Below are positions 1 to 9,932 of a stretch of 64,000 bases of DNA, piece by piece. Below the pieces are notes generated by a model. That model was given only the letters and a program-made list of their open reading frames with translations. It did not search any database and was not told the DNA's origin. The stretch covers positions 124,001 to 188,000 of the forward strand of contig OZ237735.1 in assembly GCA_965178125.1 (NCBI GenBank), given 5' to 3'. Made by a program: the position numbers and the translations under genes. Numbering within the stretch: position 1 is the first letter of the stretch; every line of letters begins with the position of its first letter. This DNA comes from Bilabrum cf. latius (lineage: Eukaryota).

Positions 1-3000
1 TTATCCAGCTGCGCGAATCGGATGGGGCAAACATCATCCTGTTCATGCGATGCTCAACTCAGCGACAGCATCCTAGATACGAGCCGGGCTTTGCTTGATC
101 GCTCGACGACCGTTGCCGTAGCTGCACGCCTGTCTCCATACGTTCGAAAAGCAGGACTCTTTGATGTCGAAGCAGTAGTCAGAAGCATGGCAACGAATGG
201 AGCCGCCGCAGATGCTGCTCAATGCATCGCTTCCATATTTCTTGGCAAACCAACTGGAGCATCCACAGCATCGGTCCGCCTTTATCATGTATTCAACGCA
301 ATCGGGCAGCTACTCTCCCCTAGAGAAGGCGACAGAATGGAGGCCCTTCTTCAAATAGTATCACGAATCGGGCACAGCGATGACATTCCCGCCAATGATG
401 TCTTGAGAGCCATCTGGGGATTCGCAATGTTGGGAAGGATGCTGCGACTCGATACTGCCTGTATCGACGGAGACATGAAGAGTCCGATGGCAGAGCCAAT
501 TAATTCCCCGTTTATTTCGCCATCGATGGGTGTGTCAGGGTTGGCCAGCAATACCAGACACCGTCCACGACGAGGTTCGTCGGGTCCAGGCCAGTTTGCA
601 TCTGTTGGAGGCAGGGTAGAAACGCAGTCGCTTCAGGAAGTCCCTGCGTCTGCAGAAACGTCAAAGCAGCCTTCAATATCTGTAGCGGGTGGCTTGTCAC
701 CCCCTGCGAATAGCGCAGCTGGCGGTTCGCAGCCCTCACAGCTCGGTTTCTTGGCAGTCCGAGCCATGCAGACGAGCATTCGCGTCCTTCCGGGGCCACC
801 ACTTCGCGGTCCTGACGAGCCTTTAAGTGCAGACAAGGGTTCTTTTTTCCAAGCCAGCGAATATCCAGCGAGCGAGTCTCGGGCTGGTGCTCCGGCTGCT
901 AGCACGCATGCTGCCAGTGGTGCCAGCGGACCGGGTCTGCGGCTGGTAGGCGACTGGTGCGTTCCCAGATCGGAGCTGCGGCGGTGGGCAGAGAGCAGCC
1001 CGCTGGCACAGGGGCTATTCGGGGCCTCGGAGGGCCTCCGGAAGTGGCTGTCTGCCCTGCACGAGGACAGGATGCGGCGAGGAGGAGGAGTTGGTCGCGA
1101 GGGGGAGGGGGAGGGGGGGCCGCTGTCGAGGCTGTCAGCCGCCGCCGTGTCCACAGAGACGGATGGGTCGGATGCAGGGTCGCACGGGCAAGCCATTAGC
1201 TCCCAGCAGTCCCCGTCCACATCGGCCGGCTCTCCAGCTAGGGGGCTGCCGCGGGTCCAGTCGCACCATGCTGCCCACGCCCCACCTCCGAGCCCCGGCC
1301 TTGCGCCGCTCCCGCCAGCGAGCTCCGGATCCGTTGCTGCAGATGACACCAGCCGACTGCAGGCGAATGGGGCGGGGTCAATGCGTGCCCTCCCTCTAGG
1401 CGTCAGGGAGGGCCAGCGGTATACGGACCCACAGGGGCGGCTCGTGTCGCGGCTGCAGTGGTGCTCCTGGTGCTTCCGGTGCACCCAGCACGGCCTCATA
1501 TCGGCGTGGGGCGTGTCTCGCAAGCAGTACAAGTGCGAGTGTTGCCTGCGGATGACGGTGCAGTGTGCCACTGCCGGCTGCAAGCACATGGCCCGGTTGC
1601 TGGGCAGCATCAGTGGTGACGTGTGCTCGGAGTGCTCGAACTCGAACGGAGCTGGGTCTCTCCCAGCAGAGCACGACCCCCTCTACGCCATCACATCGTT
1701 TGACCCGAACAGCGGGGCAGAGGAGAGAAGGAACAGCCGGGCGGCATTCCCGACCACCCCCGCATCCCCTGTACCTGCAGGGTGGGGAGGACCAGCGGGA
1801 CATGCCAGTGACAATGCAGGCCGCAGATCTGGATCCATGCGCGTGCACGTGCACAGCGCCCGGATGCATCCCAAAGCCACGGACTAGGGCGCAGGGACAG
1901 CTGCAATGGCGCTGCAGAGCTGGCCCTTTTCGGGTGCGGCTGCCACGGCCCACCGAGGCACCCCTGGCGAGCCAAGGTCCTTGGGCTTGCCGCGGCTGTG
2001 GTACCCGGTTGGGTCGGAACTCGGCTCGGGCGGGTCCGTGTCGACAGAGAGGCGCAGCGCGGGACGCGCCTAGGCCGCCGTCGGTGCGACTCTGTTTCAG
2101 GGGGCGTGCAGCGCGTGCGGGTGGCGCGGGCCTCACAGCCTGCACCCCTCCGTGTCTCATGCACTGTGCGACGTGTTCGAGTGCAGCAGGTGCATGAGGG
2201 CAATGACCAGGTGCCTCGACTGCTGCCGAGACTTTGCCGTGATGCGCAGCCGGTACACGTTCGAGCCGTGCGTGTCGTGCTCCAAAATCGACTACTCGTT
2301 CGACGAGGTGCGCGAGTGGTTCGAGGGCCACAAGCACGTGAGCGAGCTGCCGGGGGCTCTGCCCGAGCACACCATGGCTAGGGACCTGCAGCAGGCGGGG
2401 ACCACGGCCGGTCGAGCGCTTGACTCCCCGCTGCAGCAGCTAGCCAGCGTGCTGCGAGAGAGAGGAGGTGACCGACTGGATCAGGAGAGCGATGCGGAAA
2501 AGGATGGCGATGATGAAAAGAAAGGCGATGAGGTTAGTAGTCCTGAGCACCCCTGCGAGCTGGCATCACCTGCATCGTGCGCCTACACGTATGCTCTGTT
2601 GCAGGCTCAGGCGGGCGGCTCCACGATGGAGTGGGCGGAGTGGATCTCTGGCAACTGGCGGTGGTTTGACAGACGGATCGAGCCCACGCTGGCGACCCGC
2701 AACGCCGAAGAGCTCCGAGTCATTAACCGAGGTGAAGGCGGGAGCGGCACAGTGCTCGCGCCGAGCCAGATCCTCCGCTTGCCCAGCCCGCCGCTGCACC
2801 TGCACTCGAGGTTCCGGCCCGAAGCACCGTGGCGCCGCGGCTGCCCCAGCCTCCCCGTGGTGGACGGAAAGCAGTACTACGATCTGGTAGCCTACCTCTT
2901 CAAGGCGGCGCGCAGGTCCATCTACATCAGTGGGTGGTACTTCTCGCACCACGTGTACCTCAGGCGGGATCCCTTGCGGGACAGGCTGGACCAGCTGCTT

Positions 3001-5907
3001 GCTTCCAAGGCTGCCGAGGGGGTGCAGGTGCACGTGCTGCTGTGGAGCGAGGTGGAGGTCGCCAGGAACATGTCCTACGGCAAGTCCTCCTACAACAAGC
3101 AGGTCCTCGAGGCGATGCACCCCAACATACACGTGGTCGTGCACCCTGAGATCGCACACCTCATGCAGGGCGTGTCTGCAGGCGTTCTCGACGACATGGC
3201 CTGGAGCCACCACTAGAAGTTCGTGGTGGTGGACCAGCGGGTGGCGGTCGTTGGCGGCCTCGACCTACTCGTTGGCAGGTGGGACGACCACACGCACCAG
3301 CTGGCGGACACCGGCAAGCGGAGGTGGCTGGGCCTCGACTACGTCTCACCCGAGGGCACCGGTCCTGCCGACATGCAGGAAAGGGAGTACCAGGACCACT
3401 GCGACAGGAACCATTCTCCGCGCTAGCCCTGGCACGACGTGCAGGCACTGGTGGCGGGTCCGTGCGCCCACGACGCCTCCCGGGTCTTCGTGCGACGCTG
3501 GAATCACCACCGCAAGTCGGACAAGCCGCGCCTGGTGCTGGAGGCCCTCGAGGCGATCGGAGTCCAGGAAATCGCCCAGGAGGACGGGGATGAAGAGGGC
3601 AGCGCCGCTTGGGCTCTATCCGAACAGCACCGGAAGCAAGAGCCAGTGGTGGCTGGCGGTGAGGCGGGTCTTCCAAGGCGCGTGCTCACTGCGGGCGAGC
3701 TGGATCGCCTCGGGTCCAACCCCAACTCAGTGCTGTCGCGGCGCGACTTCGGGCGCGCGAACGGTGGCCCACCTGCCGGAGGGAGCGCGCTTCCGCTTCG
3801 AGGCACCCGCAGTGGCGGCTCCCGGCTGCAGCGGCGCGAATCGGTGGAGGACACGCACGAGCAGGGCAGGCACTCGGAGGCTCGCATCGACCTGGAGGCG
3901 CAGTCTGCCTCCTGCTGGGCCTGCTGCTGTCCTGCCGACGTGCTTGCAGTGCTAGCGGGAGAGACCCACTCGAGGGGGAGGGAGGCTCTGCGGCAGCAAC
4001 GCGCCCAGTCCACACCGGCTGGCAGCACCAGTGGCACGACTGCATTTCCTCCACCTCGAGCAGCCGCATCGACCGCCGCGAAAAGCTCGCTGGTAGATCG
4101 GCAGCAGGACAAGCAGTCCAGCTCCCGGCCCAGGCCCGGCCCTGTGGATACCCTGGTCCCCTCGGTCGCGCAAGCTGGCAGGTCTTCCTCAGACGCAGGC
4201 CACACGCCTGTCAGCACAAGTGCTCATCAGCCTAGGGTCGGGGTCGTCGGCTCTTCCTCGCCGGCCCGACGCCTGCAACGAGCTCCAGACAGGGCGAGTC
4301 GCACGACGGCCGCGTTGCTTCAGCAAGATCCCAACATGGCTCCCTATCGCGCGCTCCTCTCTCGGCTGCCCCACGCGCACTCGGCCGTCGTAAAGTCGCT
4401 GGGCGAGTGGGCTGGGGCTCCGCCCCTGCGGCCCGAGTGCAGCGTCTACGGGGAGACGCTCCGCTGCATCGACGAGGCAGAGCACTTCGTGTGGCTGGAG
4501 AACCAGTACGTACTCAGCTCGCTGGCGGGGGAAGGCGTCGAGAACAAAGTGCTGCGGGCGGTGCTGCAGCGGCTGAGAAGGGCCATGCGCAGGAAGGAGA
4601 CCTTCCGGGTGTACGTGCTGGTGCCGTTCCCCGAGGAGACAGACGCACAGCTGAGGACTTTAGTGAGGTACGAGAACAGGTCTCTGATCTGGGGCCCCTT
4701 CTCCATCGCCGGCAGGCTAAAGGCGGAGTTTCCCGATGTGGAGCTGCGGGACTATTTCATCGTCATGCGGGCCAGGTGCTTTTAGAAGGTAGACGCGAGG
4801 AGCGAGGGGGGCGAGATGATGAGAAGGCACCCATCTGCGGTGCCTTGGAGCGCAGCCGGCGATGTGCCTGGGATGGACGGCGTGAACGGGCCGCAGGGCT
4901 CCTCGAGCGATGGGCACGACGCGAGGGCGGCTCGGCTGAGAGAGGCCGAGGAGGGCGGCGGCACTGGAGGTGTGACAAGGGGGAGTGCAGGTGAAGGTGG
5001 AGGTAGGAGTAGGGGTGGCCGAGGGGGGCGCTACTTCAGTGGGCAGCTGTTCGTGCACTCCAAGATGATCCTCGCGGATGACCGCGTGGCCGTGGTGGCC
5101 TCTGCGAACATCAACGACCGCAGCCTGCATGGGGAGCGGGACACAGAGCTGGGTGTGGTGCTGCGCTCCGAACACCTGAGGCCCGGGCGTGCGGTGCTGC
5201 GACCGGGAGATGCCGAGCGAGCCGCTCTGGAGGTGATGGCATCCACGATGGGCGGGCACCCGTACCACGTGTCGAGGGCTGTGCACGCCCTTCGAACTCG
5301 GCTGTGGAGGGAGTGGCTCGGGCTGGCGTGCGACGATGACGCGCAGGTTGCGCGGGTGCTGCTATCCAGCCGACGGGCAGACCGCGAGCCCTCTGCAACA
5401 GCGGGGGTATTGGAGGAGAAGGGGGCGGACGATGGGGCCGTGTTAGGGTCCCTTGGGCCCAGGCTCCCTCAGGTGCTGCCTCTCGATGACAGGACCAGGC
5501 TCGATGGTCCCGGCGGGCCAGGTGCAGAGCTGCGCCCACTGGGTGTGGCTGACACGCGCTCTACCCTCGTGGCTCGCAGCGATGAGATGATCCGGGATGC
5601 ATCTGCGCAGGAGGTCTTCCACGGGATCGTGCGGGCCTCGGCTGTGGGGAACAGAGTCGCGATGGAGCGGGCCTTCGCAGACACGCCTCGGGACAGCGTC
5701 GGGACGGAGGCGGAGCACGCGGCTCTGCTGGAGGCAGCGGCCCGCGCCGAGGGCGGGACCGTCTTCTCCAGGGAACAAGAACTGGACCTGGTGGGGTCGG
5801 TGCGGGGCTACCTGGTGACCATGTCGGAGGGGTACCTCGGGAAGGAGGACCTGGCCGTGCAGTTGTCGGACCCGGAGATGGTGGTGCCTGCTTACATGAT
5901 GCAGTGA
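1..5907 (+). CDS. PLD: Phospholipase D (two HKD motifs) with a long N-terminal extension carrying two Cys-rich modules; possibly 5'-partial
   Basis: Track ORFs 22-1887, 2152-3216, 3223-3426, 3439-4785 and 4816-5907 share one frame and are separated only by TAG (1885, 2071, 3214, 3424, 4783); ends in TGA. Motifs: SIYISGW, WSHH*KFVVVD (HKD1), [51 protein letters not shown] (HKD2). The frame is open from base 1; first ATG at 22. Confidence 0.92.
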
Positions 5908-6072
5908 GCACAAACGAGGCGTTCTGACGGCCTAGAGACTTGGATGGAAGACTTGGACGGATATGGTGGTCTGATGGGGAAACGTGAATGCTTCTTGTCG
6001 GCAGCTACAGCCAGTACGCTATTGAAGGGTCGCGAACAGAGCGCACACCCGATGAGACTCCGAGTCAGCTGC

Positions 6073-6097
6073 CTCAAGACCTCAAGACCTCAAGACC
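6073..6097. repeat. 3 x 8-bp tandem repeat (CTCAAGAC) overlapping the exonuclease stop codon
   Basis: ctcaagac ctcaagac ctcaagac; gives minus-strand TGA at 6090, 6082 and 6074. Confidence 0.85.
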
Positions 6098-7628
6098 TGC
6101 GCTTCTTCCTGTTGCCGGCCCCGTGTCCATTCGAGCTTCGCTCCCCGCTCTTCTTGCTTCGCCCACCCCTCGCCCCGGACGCCCCCCGCTTGCGTTTCTA
6201 TCCTAGAGAAGCACCACCACTCCCACTCCCACCACCCCGACTCCCACTCCTGCCCCTCCCTGGCCTGCCCCGACCACTACCGCCCATACCGCTGCTGCGC
6301 CCTCGCCCTCGATCTGCCCCCGCCCCCGTCCCCACGGATGCGCCAGCACCCAGCATCCCCCCGGGTCGTGCTGGCCCCTTGCCCCCCTTTGCCCCCTCCC
6401 CCGCCCACGCCCTCGCCACGGCCTCCCCCTCGTGCACACCGAGCACCGCGGCCAGCGAGGCAGAGGCCCACGCATCGAGAGCAGCATACCTCACCTGCCT
6501 AGGACGCAAGGGCACCGCAGCCCAGTTGGAGAGCGTGGTGGACTTGGACTTCCACTGCTTGGACTCGGATTGCGGCACCCCCAGCAGACGCACCGACAGC
6601 GCCCTGAGTCCCTCGAGGCGACCCCCGCCCCTGCCCATCGCCTCCAGCCGCTTCTTCCACACGGCAGCCGGGTCAAACACGGGGCTCACGTGCACCCCGT
6701 GGTCGCTGGCCAGCTTGCTCGCGTCACCCGCGACACCCACCCCTGTCTTGATGGCCCAGGGGGCGCCCAGCAGCCGCTGCAGGGGCCGCGGGAGGCCGTG
6801 CTCCCTAGTAACGTGCACGATAAGCACGCGGTCGGAACCGATGGCCCGGGCATCTGCCATCCTAGCTGCGGCAGACACGGGAGCTGATGACGCTGCCGAC
6901 GACGAAGACGACGAGGACGAAGTAGCAGGCCCGCCGCAGTCAGAGTCTCCCGTGGCACCCCCACTGGCTTCATTTCTGATGATGCAAACCTGCACCAGAG
7001 AGATCGGATTTTCGGGACTCCCGGGGCGAAACTGCGGCCGCCACTCTGCGTCAAGACCAACGATCACCGGTGTAGCTTCTATGCTATCAACGTCACCGCC
7101 AGCATCACCGTGCTTCACAAGCTTGTACTGAGATGGAGTCAAGGCGTCTTTTAGCCAGCTGAGAACTTCTCTGCTCCTCTGCTTTTTGGCCGCTGGTGCG
7201 ATGGTTGTCACAGACATGAGCGCTCTGTCTGAAGATGTCGAAATCGGACTCATCGCGGATGTGCTCGAGGCTATTGGCGAGCTGTCTGCAGCACGAATAC
7301 GCCACTATCGCACCCGCATTAGGGATAGGCCCTGCACGCTGGCTGTGGGGGTGAGGGAGTCCCCTGCTGCAGCTCGGCTGGGTGGTCTGGCCACGAATCG
7401 GCCTGGCAGGACTGGAGGGATGACAATCTTGACACTGCCCTCCTGTGACTCTGCTACTATAGCTAGCGATGCCACTGTTGTATCTTCTTCCTCTTTAGTC
7501 CTGGCCAGCTCCCGTACATGATCCCAGCTTCCAGTAGCTCCAGATTCCAATTTGCGTCGGTTTTGCTTAATCTTGCGGCCAGCAGGTCTAAAAGGCAGGC
7601 TTCCCGCCGCTCCTGCGATTGCTGACAT
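6090..7628 (-). CDS. DEDDy 3'-5' exonuclease (WRN/EXD2-like)
   Basis: ORFs 7305-7628 and 6198-7253 are in frame, joined across TAG at 7305; reading through TAG at 6198 reaches TGA at 6090. Motifs IVGLDAEWRP (ExoI), KTGVGVAGDASKL (ExoII), LSNWAAVPLRPRQVRYAALDAW (ExoIII). Confidence 0.88.
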
Positions 7629-7860
7629 AGTGCTTTAGCGCAAGTATGCTGTGCGCACCGGCAGCGTTCGCACAGCGAGCTTTCGACGAGGTGTTGGCCA
7701 ACGACTCGGTCTCGGTGGCTCCGAGTCGCTGGCGGTGTTGCGGATGCATTTGAGCTAGCAGGCTGGTGGTGGAGCAAGGAGGCATGTTCGTGCGTCGTGG
7801 CCTTGAGCGTTTGCGTACTGCATCCCTGTGCTTGCATTCGTGAATGATGGTTCGGCTTGC

Positions 7861-9296
7861 TCAAGCTTGGCCCCCCAAGCCATACTCAGCTGCCCCACCG
7901 CCGCTCCCAGGCGGCGAGACGTCAGCCGGCATGGACCTGTCCACTACAGGGGCCTGCACCGGCAGACCTCCGGCAGAGGCAACGGGGAGTGCCACTGCTC
8001 CAGGCCGGGGGTGTCCCCCCACTGGCATGCCCCCGCCGTGGGGGCCCATCGATGCGGGATGCATCATCGGGGCACCACTCGGGCGCCCGTATGGGTAGTA
8101 CCCTTGCATGCCCCCACTATGGGGCGGACCCCTAGGGAACCCCCCGGGGCCATGGAAATACCCCGGCCGCCCCTGGCCCTGGGGCATGCCCCCCATTGCC
8201 ACTGGTCTCGGCCCCTGGTGCAGCATCCCTGCGGACGACGCGGGGTGGTGCTGCCACTGCCCCTGCGGCTGCGGTGACGGATGCTGCTGCTGCTGGCGGT
8301 GGTGATGATGCTGGCTGGGAGAAGGTAGTTGGGGCGGGAGTGCGTGCGCCTGGGGCAGGCCAGGGGAAGCAGAAGTGCCCGGTGACCCAGCCATGCGAGC
8401 CAGGAGCTTCTGGCCCGCTTGGGCCGTGCTGGCTGGTGATGCTGGGGCAGGTGCAGGTGCAGGTGCAGATGAACTCGTGGGCTGCTTCGAGCTTGTCCCC
8501 CTCAGCGCCTGCGCGACCCTCCCCACGATGCGTGCTAGCACGTCCTCGTCCTCCAGCAGCTCCAGCACGATTGACTTGACCTGTTCCCTGAGGTCAACTG
8601 CCGCAGGGACACCGCCCGACCGATCGCGTCCAGCCGTAGCCCCTCCCCGTCCCAGGGCGTGCATGATCTCGGCCCCGGCCGCGGCGCCGATCCGCCGCTG
8701 CGCTTCTTCCAGCGCTGCCTCCTGCACGTTGTAAAGGTCGTCAGCGCTGCGGCACCACACCCCATATGCTGCATCATCATCACGATGTCCTTCCTCAGAC
8801 CCCTGCGCGTGATGTCAATAGGTGATGCAATACTGAACCATACCGCTGCCAACCACTGTCGAGCGGTTCGCTGGAGCAGCTGTGCACTCACCGGATGCTG
8901 CCTGAACGATAGCAAGCTACCGTTCAAGTCAAACTCTGTAGACGCATCAATGGTCCACGTGAAGTCATGTTTGCTCCGCTTATTCAAGATTTTCAACTGA
9001 ACGAACGGAGCAACTCTTCGACGTACCACGAACAGCGCCCCTTCGATCCCAGTCGCCTCCTGCGCAACGCTCTCTAGGATGATGAAGAGTGCTCTAAAAT
9101 TTCCAACAAAATGTGAGTTTGGGGTGGAGTGACCGCTGATACCCTACCTCACCCATTTTCGTTCGAATCTGAAAAGGGTAACTTGCACTACTGAGCACAG
9201 AATTGCCTCCGTATCGGCATCTTTCTAGCGTAGCAGACGTAAATTTGCATCTGCGGCAGACTAGTGGTCCAGATGCAGCACTGATGTTTTGGACAT
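7861..9296 (-). CDS. DCP1: mRNA decapping activator Dcp1 (EVH1 domain, Pro/Gly/Gln-rich tail); exons 9296-9153, 9059-8892, 8802-7861
   Basis: Spliced translation NLRLLR*KDADTEAILCSVVQVTLFRFERKW/EATGIEGALFVVRRRVAPFVQLKILNKRS...LLSFR...YGVWC matches the Dcp1 EVH1 pattern. Two GTGAG...GCAG introns, two in-frame TAG (9261, 9225), TGA stop. Confidence 0.88.
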
Positions 9297-9600
9297 GGGA
9301 GAAAGAATGCCATTCTTGCGACCGGCGTCGATTGAGAGGTTCGTTTGCGGCCGCATCGTAATTCCGAAGGTTCCCTGCTCGCGCCCACTTATTTGGCTGA
9401 TGGCGCTTATCTGGTTACGTCCGACACAGTCACTAGTAGCAATCATCCCTCATCTCGGCCACGCTTGCCCTCCGGCTCGCGTGACCGTGCTCCGTTCATC
9501 CTCGCTCTCGCCTCCTGCTCGCCTCGCCTCGTTCTCGGTATCAGTCGCACGTCGTCGTCATTCTCCTACTTCTCTCCTCCTTCCGTGGCGCTGTGGTATT

Positions 9601-9839
9601 GGCTGGTGTTGCCCTGGCCGCTGGGTAGGTGGATCGGACCATTCACGCCACTTTGGGGACGGCCTACCACTTGGTCAGGGAACAACACTGGGCCCCCCCT
9701 TGGTGGTTCGCCCATCGAACCGCCGCAGGGACACCCATTGGCCCAGAAATAGCCCCTGGCATTGCCAGTCCATCCATTGCTAGGAAGAGGCCCATGTGGG
9801 GTGCCAAATCCCACAGATGCAAGATGGCACCTCCACATG
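9601..9839. other. Cluster of inverted repeats (possible structured ncRNA or element terminus), unidentified
   Basis: Stems: 9606-9619 with 9673-9688 (bulged), 9624-9629 with 9663-9668, 9702-9710 with 9716-9724, 9755-9761 with 9778-9784, 9793-9806 with 9825-9839. Confidence 0.45.
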
Positions 9840-9841
9840 AA

Positions 9842-9848
9842 TATAAAA
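9842..9848 (+). promoter_or_regulatory. TATA-like element (TATAAAA) in an AT-rich patch just upstream of the satellite array
   Basis: Motif match only; lies in an A-rich stretch (9840-9890) that is unusual for this GC-rich window. Confidence 0.25.
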
Positions 9849-9932
9849 GGATGCATATCAATAATAGAAATCAAAATCAAAATCAAGCGGGTCATGCAGT
9901 CCATTCCCCTTTTACAACAGAGCAGAGAATGC

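Noticed and set aside
8535-9029. Apparent frameshift between ORFs 8535-9029 and 7861-8760
   Set aside because: Explained by an 89-nt GTGAGT..GCAG intron (8891-8803) that restores Dcp1 homology.
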